From IMG/VR virus record IMGVR_UViG_3300042892_002240, positions 1-64,000 of that record: DNA of 64,000 nucleotides, one strand, 5' to 3'. Both the position numbers and the translations under genes were made by a program. The stretch's first letter is position 1; every line of letters starts with the position of its first letter. This document shows positions 29,902 to 38,810 of the stretch, piece by piece. The notes under the pieces were generated by a model that saw nothing but the letters and a program-made list of their open reading frames with translations, was not told where the DNA came from and did no database searches. Origin of the DNA: a virus.

Positions 29902-31061
29902 TTATCCATAGTGGCAACCCACTTTCTCCAAAAACCTATATTGCTTTACATAATGTTGAAGTTGACTATCATTCAATCCAACAAGCAACTTTAGACCTTT
30001 GTGTTAACAAACACGATATGGTTGTTTTAAAACTTGCAGGTATTCCTGCAAAATACATTACTGACTATATTGACGCACCAGTGAGATTAAATATATCTTC
30101 TGGGCCAGGTAGGTTTCAGGACTTTTGTGGACGTGTGTTGTACGTTGAACCCGAATCTGATAGCCGTGAGCCTCTTGTAAACAGAAGCCCTTTTCAAACA
30201 GTGCGTCTAGTTTGTTTTGGTGCATCAATGTCAATGATGGGCGCAAAAAGTAAACTTTGGGAAAATGTAAGTATTAAATCAATTGCTGAAGAGTTGTGTA
30301 ATACCTATCGGTTTAGCCTTGATGTAATTGATGACAACTTCATTTTACCTAGACTTATGCAAAAAGGTGAGTCTGACTGGGCTTTTTTAATTCGCATATG
30401 TGAAAAATACGGGTATTCCGTTACTGTCCATGGGACTCACATGCACATCTGGGACCCTTTTAAAGCCATTGGGAGGCGCCCCTCATACGAAGAGTTAACT
30501 TCTGTTTCTGCAAAAATTGCTGCGGCTCCAGGAAACATCCTCAGTTTTAAAGGTACTTTTGGGTACGTAACTCCACAAGGTTACTCAACTAACTACGAAG
30601 TTAGCTCGCTTGACAGTGATGGTGTTTCACAAACTGTTTCTAGCACTGCATTTTTAACGGGATCATGGTCTGGGGTTAACCACCCATCTAAATTTAACAA
30701 CGTAGTTTTAGAGGCTGTACAGACAATTGCAGAGGCTGAAAAAATAGTTGGTGCAAAAGAACGACGCACATTCCCGTTTAATGCAAGTGTAGAGATTAGC
30801 GCAGGTTCTGGAATTGTTCCCGGTGGAGTTGTTAAAGTAACTGGTTACAACTCACACTTTGACGGTTTGTGGTATGTTCGGGACGTAAAACATACCATTG
30901 GTGGCTCTAGTTATTTTACAAAACTAGAAATTAGTAGAGACTTTAATACCTCTGAATCTTTTGTAGTACCCCCAACACAACTAGCACAAGCAGCCCCAGA
31001 GCCTGAGTTTGTTGCAGGAGAATGGCGCGCAAGTTCAGAAAGAGTAAATGCGTATGTATAA
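29898..31061 (+). CDS. Baseplate hub (gp27/P2 gpD-like)
   Basis: Q.GESDWAFL.R....GY; PG..V...G....DG.WYV..V.H. Confidence 0.8.
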   Translation: MIIHSGNPLSPKTYIALHNVEVDYHSIQQATLDLCVNKHDMVVLKLAGIPAKYITDYIDAPVRLNISSGPGRFQDFCGRVLYVEPESDSREPLVNRSPFQTVRLVCFGASMSMMGAKSKLWENVSIKSIAEELCNTYRFSLDVIDDNFILPRLMQKGESDWAFLIRICEKYGYSVTVHGTHMHIWDPFKAIGRRPSYEELTSVSAKIAAAPGNILSFKGTFGYVTPQGYSTNYEVSSLDSDGVSQTVSSTAFLTGSWSGVNHPSKFNNVVLEAVQTIAEAEKIVGAKERRTFPFNASVEISAGSGIVPGGVVKVTGYNSHFDGLWYVRDVKHTIGGSSYFTKLEISRDFNTSESFVVPPTQLAQAAPEPEFVAGEWRASSERVNAYV

Positions 31062-31812
31062 CGGGATGCAAATATATCGAGCAGTAGTAACTGCGTCGTC
31101 TTCAACTACTGGTTCTCTTTACGTTTCTATTCCATCAGTGCTTGGCACAAGCACAAGCATCGCTGTATCTACTATTGGCCGAGCAGCAGTATCTGGTGTA
31201 TGGGCTGTTCCTAATGTTGGGGAACAAGTCCTTGTAGCAGTAGAAGACGACAAGTTTTCTAATGTGTTTTTGTTGTACCCAGTTGAGCCTCCAGTAATCG
31301 CAGTTGAGCCTCCAGTAATCGCAGATGCGTCTGTTACTACAGATAAATTAGCCAATGCGTCTGTTACTACAGATAAATTAGCCGATGATTCAGTAGTAAA
31401 CGAAAACCTTGACATGTACCGCATGAGAGTTAGGCGGGTAACCCCACAAACTGTAGGCCCTTTATCAACTGGTCTTATTGAATTTGACACTTTAGATTTT
31501 GAAAAATACAATAATAACTCATGGATTGGGGGGCTTCCAAGTCAGGCAATTTTTCCCCAATCTGGATTATACGCAATTAGTGTAACAATAACTACAAGTG
31601 CTGCTGCTGGAACGCAAACCGCAATGCTTACAGTAGATAATTTTGTGTCTGCTACTCCGGTAACGTCTTTTGCGGGAGCTTTGTCAATAGTACTTACATG
31701 TAATATGTTTTTTTATGGCACAGAGGTACTTTCACTTAAAGTTGTTAATTCAAACAGCAGTTTGAGCAGATCATACACAGCAATGTTATCAATGATATTA
31801 CTAACGGAGTAA
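31048..31812 (+). CDS. Baseplate spike (gp5/gpV OB-fold) with C-terminal beta-sandwich
   Basis: YRAVV, V.IP.V, WAVPNVGEQVLV..E; C-terminal SGLY.I.V.I C1q/TNF-like pattern. Confidence 0.7.
   Translation: MRMYNGMQIYRAVVTASSSTTGSLYVSIPSVLGTSTSIAVSTIGRAAVSGVWAVPNVGEQVLVAVEDDKFSNVFLLYPVEPPVIAVEPPVIADASVTTDKLANASVTTDKLADDSVVNENLDMYRMRVRRVTPQTVGPLSTGLIEFDTLDFEKYNNNSWIGGLPSQAIFPQSGLYAISVTITTSAAAGTQTAMLTVDNFVSATPVTSFAGALSIVLTCNMFFYGTEVLSLKVVNSNSSLSRSYTAMLSMILLTE
31280..31384 (+). repeat. Two adjacent perfect tandem duplications (21 bp x2, 30 bp x2)
   Basis: cagttgagcctccagtaatcg x2, then atgcgtctgttactacagataaattagcc(a/g) x2. Confidence 0.92.
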
Positions 31813-31814
31813 CT

Positions 31815-32225
31815 ATGAAAGCTATTAAAATTCCATTTCAATTTAGCGGTGGTAAGACTGCTACAACTTCATCTATGTCTGTGGCTACAGAGCAGAAAAT
31901 TGTAAACGTTCTTGTGACCCAAAAGTATGAACGTGTTATGCGCCACAAATACGGCTTTGGTATCCAAACTTTACTATTTGATGTAATAGATGAAATTGAG
32001 CTTACAGACCATATTGTAGAAGCAAAGCTAGATATCCAAGCGGCAGTTAGTGATGTATCTATCCTTGATGTAAAGCTTGCCCCAACAAACTCTATAGCGG
32101 CTTTTGGGTCACCAGAGACTACACTAGGTATAACAGTAGTTTACAAACTACCTTTAGGTTCCCCTCAATTAGTAAAGTTTGATGTAGTTTCCCCAACGAA
32201 TCTTACTGAAGATTCATTTATTTAG
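31815..32225 (+). CDS. Baseplate wedge gp25-like
   Basis: I.IPF.F, L.T...ERVM...YG.G...LLF. Confidence 0.85.
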   Translation: MKAIKIPFQFSGGKTATTSSMSVATEQKIVNVLVTQKYERVMRHKYGFGIQTLLFDVIDEIELTDHIVEAKLDIQAAVSDVSILDVKLAPTNSIAAFGSPETTLGITVVYKLPLGSPQLVKFDVVSPTNLTEDSFI

Positions 32226-32234
32226 GAGTAAGAA

Positions 32235-33680
32235 ATGGCACTTGAAAGACCAGGGTTTGACTTTGCAAGCCGAGATTATTCAAATATTCGTAGAGACCTT
32301 TTAGCCCGAGCTGAAAGGACTGTACCGGAATGGACGGACAGAGACCCGTCTGACTTTTCTATGGTCCTAGTTGACATGTGGGCATACATGGGGGACATCC
32401 TCCATTACTACATTGACCGTGCTGCGGGAGAATCTTTTCTAGACACGGCTACTCAAAGAGAAAGTGTATTGGCCTTAGCTAACCTTTTTGATTACAAACC
32501 ACGCAATAGGACTGCAGCAAGAGCAACAGTTTACGTATCAAACTCAACTTCCTCGTCAGTTCCTATTGTTATCCCTGCTGAAACTGTGTTTTCTGGTTCT
32601 TTTAATAACACACTATACAATTTTTACTCAGAAAATGAAGTATCGGTTGCTGGTGGTGGAACAGTTGCGGTTACTGTAAAAGAAGGATCTATTATATCTG
32701 CAGAACAATTAACTACCTCTGCATCTGGTCAGATTGGGCAAAGGTATTCTCTTTCAAAAACAAATGTTATTCCAAATACTGTTCAGGTATCAGTAGACGA
32801 AGATGGTACTTCATATATAAACTGGACAAGGGTTGAAGACACCAACGTTGTCGCTTCTGGTGTTAACGCCTACGCTGTTTATGTAAACTCAGCAAATACA
32901 ACTGAAGTTGTTTTTGGCAACAGATTGAGTGGTCGTATTCCTCCAACTGGAGTAAAGATCCAAGCAAAGTACAAAATTACCAGTGGTTATTCTGGAAATG
33001 TTGGAACAAACTCAATTACTTCTATTAGGACTGCCATTTCTGGATTGTCGGTAGCTTCATCAACTTCTGCAGTTGGTGGGACTGACGGAGAAACAGTTGC
33101 GTCATTAAAAACGTCTATTAAATCAATTATCAAATCTCAAGATCGTGCAGTAACTTTAGGCGACTTTGTTAATAGAGCTTTGTTGGTTGATGGTGTGTAC
33201 AAAGCAGTATGTCAATTTGCCCCAAATGCTGGAGGTGGAAGTGTAACTGTTTATGCAATCCCCTACATTGCTGACTTCACTTCAGCTTCTGCAGGTTCCT
33301 ACGCATTAGAAACTGACACAAAGACAAGCATTAACACATCATTGCAAGCGGTGGCTACCTTGGGCGTAACAGTTACTACTGCAGCTTCTGTTACATTTGT
33401 TCCTAAATCAATTTCTGCATCAGTAACAATTAACAATTCATATGTGCAATCATCAGTTGTTACCGCTGTTACTGCTGCTTTAACTGACTTGTTTGAATTA
33501 GACAGCTTAGATTTTGGTGAAGCACTAAACCTTGGTGTTGTGTACAAAACAATTCATGGAATTGAAGGAGTTGAGTACTCAACTGTTGCACTCACTGGTA
33601 GTGATCCTACCAATATTCAATTTATGAAAAAAGGAAGTATTACAATTGTGCCTACTGGAGGAATTACTAGTTCGTCATGA
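32235..33680 (+). CDS. Baseplate J/gp6-like wedge
   Basis: DF.SRDY..IR..L, PEWTD...SDF, E.FL.TA..RESV, FG....G.IP..G, GG.D.ET, RAVT..DF. Confidence 0.9.
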   Translation: MALERPGFDFASRDYSNIRRDLLARAERTVPEWTDRDPSDFSMVLVDMWAYMGDILHYYIDRAAGESFLDTATQRESVLALANLFDYKPRNRTAARATVYVSNSTSSSVPIVIPAETVFSGSFNNTLYNFYSENEVSVAGGGTVAVTVKEGSIISAEQLTTSASGQIGQRYSLSKTNVIPNTVQVSVDEDGTSYINWTRVEDTNVVASGVNAYAVYVNSANTTEVVFGNRLSGRIPPTGVKIQAKYKITSGYSGNVGTNSITSIRTAISGLSVASSTSAVGGTDGETVASLKTSIKSIIKSQDRAVTLGDFVNRALLVDGVYKAVCQFAPNAGGGSVTVYAIPYIADFTSASAGSYALETDTKTSINTSLQAVATLGVTVTTAASVTFVPKSISASVTINNSYVQSSVVTAVTAALTDLFELDSLDFGEALNLGVVYKTIHGIEGVEYSTVALTGSDPTNIQFMKKGSITIVPTGGITSSS

Positions 33681-35413
33681 CACGTAAATCTTTTACTCTT
33701 AGAAATATTAACTCTCCTTATGGTTCTTATTTAGCGTATCCATCAAATGGTGCTTCAGCACCTGGAATGGCCGCTAGGGCAGATGATGACACTCGTCTCC
33801 GTTCTGACGATATCCAGTTAGCACCAGTCCTCACATCTAACTTAATTCCAGGAACACCTGGTTCTTTGGTTGGCTTTTTTGGTGCTGAAGTAACAGACTA
33901 CACAAGCATTAACCTATCTTGGGCAGCACCCCTTGTTGAAACAATACCATCGTCAATCCCTGCTGCTACAAGAGTAATTATTGTTTATTCTGCTTTTGGA
34001 GAACCCCCAACTATTAGTGATGGGAACATCCTTGTAGACACTAACAACACAACCACGTACACTCATACTGTTCCTGAAGGGGTGTGGGCCTATTACACCA
34101 TATTTGTAAAATATGAGTCTATTGCTGGTGGAGCATTTTATGAAGCTGCTGAATCTTTGTCTGTTTTAGTACCTAAAAACTATGGTAGTTCTAGTGGCTT
34201 GTATTCAAAAATACCTTTGTATTACAGAATTTTAGATGGCGACATGGACTTTGGTGATGGGGGCCCCCTTAACAAGTACCTTTCAACTATTGGTTGGGAC
34301 ATTGACAAAGTAAGAACTGAAATTGATTATTTAATGACTTTTAAAGACCCGCAAATTGCGGATGGCCAAGCATTGGACTACTTAGCAAAAGACTTTGGAG
34401 TTAATTTAGAAAGTCGTGAATTAGGTGCTTATCGCCTTAGAAATATCCTAGGTAGCATTGGCACACTCCGCAGATCAATTGGAACTGTTTCCGGAATTGA
34501 AACGTTTATGACTGCTTTAACCGGCTCTAACGTAACAGTTGATACTGTAAACAAAGTTATAAAAGTGCACGCTCAAAGAATTAACTTAATTAAAGACCCA
34601 AACATATATTTTGGCCTTGACAGTGTTTTTGACATGGGTTCACCTGCAGGTGCATTTACAACGTCATATGACGCTGGATTTTATGACACTACGTCATACC
34701 CTGCTTCAGCAACCTTTGATGGTGGTTCTGCGTCAGCTACTGGTTCTGTTGGGACTAACCCAAACGCAAAATGGACAATAGCTTATGGAACAACAACTTC
34801 GTTGTTGTTAACTACAAACGACGATGTAAAAGTTAGCTATGGGGACACTTTCTATTTTTCTGTACAAGATTCATCAACCGTAAGTGCACAAGCAGCTATT
34901 ACAAAAGTTGGGCTATACACCTCTGGTGCTGTTGTGGTTGTTGAAGACTCTGCACCAAAAACTATTGGTAGTACAAAATATTGGAAGTTTGTAATTCCAA
35001 GTTCTGTTTCTGCTAACACCCCTGTTTTTCTAGGTATTACTTATCAAAACGCTTTAATTACTGACCCTGCGACGGCATTTAGAAGAATGCTGCTTGAAAG
35101 ATTTATTAATGGGCAGTACTTTGATGGTGACACAGTTTTAGGTGGGTGGCTTGTAGGTGCGTCATCTAACGTGTCTGATTACCGCTGGTATGACTCGGCC
35201 AGACCAGACGCAACTCAAGACACTTTAAGAAACAACTCTTTTTCTGTGTACAACGCCAACTACCAAAAAACTAAGGTAGTAGCAAACAGACTTCTAATGG
35301 ATATACTCCCAATTACACAACTTAGTACTAGCGCAACCCAATATAGTAATCAAGCTAGTATCCCAAGCCCTTTGTGGTCAATTAGGTTTAACTATGTTCC
35401 AGGAGACACATGA
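33677..35413 (+). CDS. Baseplate wedge (gp7/P2 gpI-like) with extension
   Basis: LY.KIP.YYR..D, L..LA..FG, R..GT..GI. Confidence 0.7.
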   Translation: MTRKSFTLRNINSPYGSYLAYPSNGASAPGMAARADDDTRLRSDDIQLAPVLTSNLIPGTPGSLVGFFGAEVTDYTSINLSWAAPLVETIPSSIPAATRVIIVYSAFGEPPTISDGNILVDTNNTTTYTHTVPEGVWAYYTIFVKYESIAGGAFYEAAESLSVLVPKNYGSSSGLYSKIPLYYRILDGDMDFGDGGPLNKYLSTIGWDIDKVRTEIDYLMTFKDPQIADGQALDYLAKDFGVNLESRELGAYRLRNILGSIGTLRRSIGTVSGIETFMTALTGSNVTVDTVNKVIKVHAQRINLIKDPNIYFGLDSVFDMGSPAGAFTTSYDAGFYDTTSYPASATFDGGSASATGSVGTNPNAKWTIAYGTTTSLLLTTNDDVKVSYGDTFYFSVQDSSTVSAQAAITKVGLYTSGAVVVVEDSAPKTIGSTKYWKFVIPSSVSANTPVFLGITYQNALITDPATAFRRMLLERFINGQYFDGDTVLGGWLVGASSNVSDYRWYDSARPDATQDTLRNNSFSVYNANYQKTKVVANRLLMDILPITQLSTSATQYSNQASIPSPLWSIRFNYVPGDT

Positions 35414-35664
35414 ACTACATAATTAGTGCATTAGCTGTTTACAAGCTGCTTCAAGTAATTGACTCTTTACTACCAAGAGAACCAATGCCATGGGTTAAAA
35501 ACATTGCTGGGGTTATTCTTGGGTATGCGGCAGCATTGATAGTTGACATTGACAAGTGGTATGTGGCCGGGTTGGTAGTTGCCACTATTGCTGGTAGCGT
35601 CCAGTTAGTATTGAGGTTAACAACACTGTTGGGCGACTCAATAGAAAGAAAAACCCTACGTTAA
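35410..35664 (+). CDS. Small membrane protein (2-3 TM)
   Basis: Hydrophobic stretches, basic C-terminus. Confidence 0.6.
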   Translation: MNYIISALAVYKLLQVIDSLLPREPMPWVKNIAGVILGYAAALIVDIDKWYVAGLVVATIAGSVQLVLRLTTLLGDSIERKTLR

Positions 35665-35674
35665 GGAGAACCAC

Positions 35675-36403
35675 TTGAAAGAGTTTTACGGAATTGTTGG
35701 TGCTGGATCTGCGCCAAAGAAAGTAATTGATGCCGCATTAAATGATATTGGCACTCAATCGTCATTTATTATTCCGTGGTACGGAAGCATGTCTAAAGGT
35801 TTAGAAGTTGTGTACGACTGGGTTCTTGACAATGACGTGTCTTTTATTATCGCTGCTTTAGAGGGTGTTAAAAAAGTTCCTAAATCTCTAGCTGAAAAAG
35901 CAGGAGGTATTGTGAATGTTGAAGATGTAAATGACTACATTCTGTGGGACCTTAAAGGTAAAGAAGTTCCTGGTATGTCATTAGTTCTTTGGGATGAAGA
36001 AGATGAACCTTCATCAACGCGACTTGCAGCAATGTCAATTGGTATGCAATTGCCAACCCTTGAACTTACAAATGGCCTTGTTCCTATTATGCTGGATGAC
36101 TCACCAGATGTGCAGGTTGTTGTAAGTGATGAGTTGCCAGACATTGATGAAGCTGCATATGACAGAGAAACCCTTGAAATCATGCCAACTGCGTTAGTTA
36201 AGCGAATGGCAAAAGATAAAGGGTTTGAACCTAAATCAAAAGAAGAAGCAGTAGAAATGCTTTCGCCTACAAAAGAAGATGAGAAAGTCATTGGTTCTAT
36301 TATCTTCCTAATGAACGACGGTTCAGAAATTGGGTTTAATGGCACTGAAGCAATCCTTAAAGAAATGTTTAAGATTGTGGCCAAGCATTCTGTGCAATGG
36401 TAA
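35675..36403 (+). CDS. Hypothetical protein (alpha/beta N-domain, Rho-N/HeH-like motif)
   Basis: AAGGAG SD plus TTG; LE.M....VKR.AK..G...KSKEE...L. Confidence 0.6.
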   Translation: MKEFYGIVGAGSAPKKVIDAALNDIGTQSSFIIPWYGSMSKGLEVVYDWVLDNDVSFIIAALEGVKKVPKSLAEKAGGIVNVEDVNDYILWDLKGKEVPGMSLVLWDEEDEPSSTRLAAMSIGMQLPTLELTNGLVPIMLDDSPDVQVVVSDELPDIDEAAYDRETLEIMPTALVKRMAKDKGFEPKSKEEAVEMLSPTKEDEKVIGSIIFLMNDGSEIGFNGTEAILKEMFKIVAKHSVQW

Positions 36404-36419
36404 ACCTACTTACATAAAA

Positions 36420-36447
36420 GAAAAGGCCCCCTTGCGGGGGCTTTTTC
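36420..36447. terminator. Bidirectional terminator between convergent units
   Basis: GAAAAGGCCCCC-TTGC-GGGGGCTTTTTC. Confidence 0.9.
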
Positions 36448-36480
36448 ATTTCTAGTGATAACTACCACTAGTTAGTGAGT

Positions 36481-36597
36481 TCACTTCTTCTTAGCAACTG
36501 CCTTTTTCTTTGCAGGAGCCGCCTTCTTCTTAGCGGGGCCCTTGCCAAAGCCGGGATCCTTCTTATCTTTCAAACCACATCCACATGCTGTGCACAT
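36481..36597 (-). CDS. 38-aa peptide MCTACGCG plus Lys/Ala-rich tail (not in ORF track)
   Basis: MCTACGCGLKDKKDPGFGKGPAKKKAAPAKKKAVAKKK; strong GGAGGT SD 6 nt upstream. Confidence 0.8.
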   Translation of the reverse strand: MCTACGCGLKDKKDPGFGKGPAKKKAAPAKKKAVAKKK

Positions 36598-36642
36598 ATT
36601 ATTTACCTCCCTTCCTATATTTGCTTGTCTTTTTAGCAGCCA

Positions 36643-36942
36643 TCAGCAGTCCCAAGCACGAAGAGATTTGTTAATACGAGAATCTGGGTCATTAGCTGTC
36701 TTGGCTGAAGTATTCTTCTTCTTCATACCTTCCATACGTGCACAAAAAGACTCACGACGTGCTGCTGACTTTTCAGACTTAGCTGCTTGTTCTTTTTTCA
36801 CCGGAGGCTTGAGGTTGCTGCCCGGGTTTGCCTTTTCATAAGACTTGCGTCCCTTTTCATTAAGACCACCCTTAGGGTCCTTGCCTTCGGCACGAGACCA
36901 AGCGGCTGTCTTTTTTGCTGGGGCTTTTTTCTTTGCTGCCAT
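36643..36942 (-). CDS. Basic conserved phage protein (DUF6321-like)
   Basis: W.R.EGK.P.GGLN.KGR.SY, RR.SFCARM.G, SRINKSLRAWDC; AAGGAG SD. Confidence 0.75.
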   Translation of the reverse strand: MAAKKKAPAKKTAAWSRAEGKDPKGGLNEKGRKSYEKANPGSNLKPPVKKEQAAKSEKSAARRESFCARMEGMKKKNTSAKTANDPDSRINKSLRAWDC

Positions 36943-36952
36943 ATTGGCTCCT

Positions 36953-37387
36953 TTATTTGGTTGAGGCCCGAAGTTGCCAGGACCATTTATTGTGGTTGTC
37001 AATGCGATCAGCAAGGAAATTCATAATTCCTTGTTCGTCTTTCTTTTGAGCCTCATCAAATGCTTTTTTAAGAGATTTAAGAAGGGCTTCATTTGCCGTC
37101 AACAGGGACTTGGCCATTGCTTTTGGATTAGGTTGTACATCTTTAAAATCAAGGGTGCGAAGATCTAAGAACTTTTGCAGGCTAAATGGAGCGTAATCGT
37201 CAAGTTTACGAATGTTTTCTGCAATTAGGTCAATTGACCCATAGGCATCTTCGTAGATTTCTGAAAACAAAGCGTGATATTGGCTAAAATCAGAACCTTC
37301 TACATTCCAATGGTATCCATGGGCCATAAAGTAAAAAGTGACTACATCTGAAACAAGCACTTTGAGAGCTTTAACAAGGGCTTCCAT
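36953..37387 (-). CDS. dps: Dps family ferritin-like protein
   Basis: HWNVEG.DF...H.LF.E.YE, D.IAE.IR.L, H.K..W.L; AGGAG SD. Confidence 0.92.
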   Translation of the reverse strand: MEALVKALKVLVSDVVTFYFMAHGYHWNVEGSDFSQYHALFSEIYEDAYGSIDLIAENIRKLDDYAPFSLQKFLDLRTLDFKDVQPNPKAMAKSLLTANEALLKSLKKAFDEAQKKDEQGIMNFLADRIDNHNKWSWQLRASTK

Positions 37388-37398
37388 TTTGTCTCCTA

Positions 37399-37486
37399 CA
37401 AAAATACTGGGGTATGTGAAGTATACCCCACACACCCCAGCGTTTTGTAAAAACGCCAGGCTGAAGAACCACCAACTAACCTGGCA
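37399..37486 (-). ncRNA. Candidate structured leader/small RNA upstream of dps
   Basis: Three stems on the minus strand with G-U pairs; the last (15-16 bp) is followed by UAUUUUU; preceded by TTGTAA-18-TATACT. Confidence 0.5.
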
Positions 37487-37491
37487 GCCCC

Positions 37492-37521
37492 AGTATAGAG
37501 GGTCTTTTTAAAAGATTACAA
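37492..37521 (-). promoter_or_regulatory. Sigma70-type promoter TTGTAA-N18-TATACT (minus strand)
   Basis: Reverse complement of agtata (37492-97) and ttacaa (37516-21). Confidence 0.5.
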
Positions 37522-37568
37522 CCCGGCTGTTGCAAAAGCCACAAGATCTCGTGTACAGTCATGGACCC

Positions 37569-38810
37569 ATGACCACCAACGTTTTTGACGGCCCTTTCTT
37601 AGCAGTCCCAGTTTGGGCTGTTGGGGAAATTAGGGATTACGGACAGCCCCGAGATTTACAAGTCTTGCTTGGGTTGGTCGCCCTTATGGAACGCCGAACC
37701 AAAGAAATTGCAGCTTCTGTAATACAGATAGCCGAGTATGTTGGTGTCTCAAAAGAGACCGCAAAACGGTCACTAAAGTGGTTGGCAGACCACAAAGTAA
37801 TCACAGTTATCCACAGGCAAAAACCATTAGTAAATGTTTACACACTGCACTACACACCGCCCGTTAAACACGGAGATAGGGTCATGGGTGACCCTATGAT
37901 GGGGTCACGAGAGACCCTATATGGGGTCACAGAAGACCCTATGGTGGGGTCACAGGTGACCCTATCTACAACAACAAAAGACCAGCATGATGAACCTTTT
38001 TCAAATTTCAATATAAAGATACTAAATAGAAGTACTAAAGAGATAGTAAAGAAAGCCGCAAGCGGCACGGAGGGCGAGATGATTTTAGGTTCAGATCCAG
38101 ACGATCCAGTTAGTGGTTTTGAACTTCCCCCAAAGAAAAAAGTACCTAGAAAAACAAATCAGTTTGTTAACCATTTCCTCAGCAACAAACACTCAATCAT
38201 GTCTAGCTCACACAGTCCAAAAGATGTAATGATTTTAAGAAAAACGTTTAGCACCTTGATTGACTCAGGTTTAACAGAGTTCACCATCATGCAAATGGTC
38301 ACAAAATTCTTTTCGGTACAACGTTGGCGGGAAGCAGACAACACTGTTTTGTTATTTTGCACCAAAGACATCCAACAGAAATTGATGGAGCAGGTTGAAA
38401 CAACAGTAGTTTCAGACAACCCCGTATTGTCCCTGATGATGAATGACTTTGAGCGCCTAGATCTTGATATCCCCTGGCCAGCAGCAATGGACTTAGTTCT
38501 TAAAAAAGTTGTCATTCGTCACGGCATGGATGTTTGCTACAGATATCCTGAAATTGTTGCTGAGTTAATAACCATCCACAACGGTGCGTTTTACTCAGAT
38601 GAATTTAATACTTCTTTGTCTGCGCTAAACTCTCTTATAAGAGTTATATCCGGAGAAGAACAAGAAGACTCAGCGTTGCTTTTAAAAGAAGTTGCGCACT
38701 TGGGTTTACCAGAAGAACTACTTAAACTTTCAAGTTCCAATCTACGTCTACCAGCGGATTCCATTGTTGAAGCGGTCTACAACTACCGAAGGGCAACCCA
38801 TGGACGATGA
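37569..38810 (+). CDS. Replication initiator-like protein (N-terminal wHTH, internal iterons)
   Basis: S...IAEYVGVSKETAKRSLKWL....VI HTH; repeats directly after it; upstream of DnaC/DnaB. Confidence 0.75.
   Translation: MTTNVFDGPFLAVPVWAVGEIRDYGQPRDLQVLLGLVALMERRTKEIAASVIQIAEYVGVSKETAKRSLKWLADHKVITVIHRQKPLVNVYTLHYTPPVKHGDRVMGDPMMGSRETLYGVTEDPMVGSQVTLSTTTKDQHDEPFSNFNIKILNRSTKEIVKKAASGTEGEMILGSDPDDPVSGFELPPKKKVPRKTNQFVNHFLSNKHSIMSSSHSPKDVMILRKTFSTLIDSGLTEFTIMQMVTKFFSVQRWREADNTVLLFCTKDIQQKLMEQVETTVVSDNPVLSLMMNDFERLDLDIPWPAAMDLVLKKVVIRHGMDVCYRYPEIVAELITIHNGAFYSDEFNTSLSALNSLIRVISGEEQEDSALLLKEVAHLGLPEELLKLSSSNLRLPADSIVEAVYNYRRATHGR
37875..38055. repeat. Four iterons GGGTCA-N4-(T/A)GACCCTAT (22-23 bp period) plus AT-rich tract: probable replication origin
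   Basis: GGGTCA at 37879, 37902, 37924 and 37947, each forming an inverted repeat; A-rich 37990-38055. Confidence 0.85.

Noticed and set aside
37875-37965. Mini CRISPR or guide-RNA array
   Set aside because: Variable parts are only 2-4 nt, and the repeats lie in-frame within an HTH gene; iterons fit better
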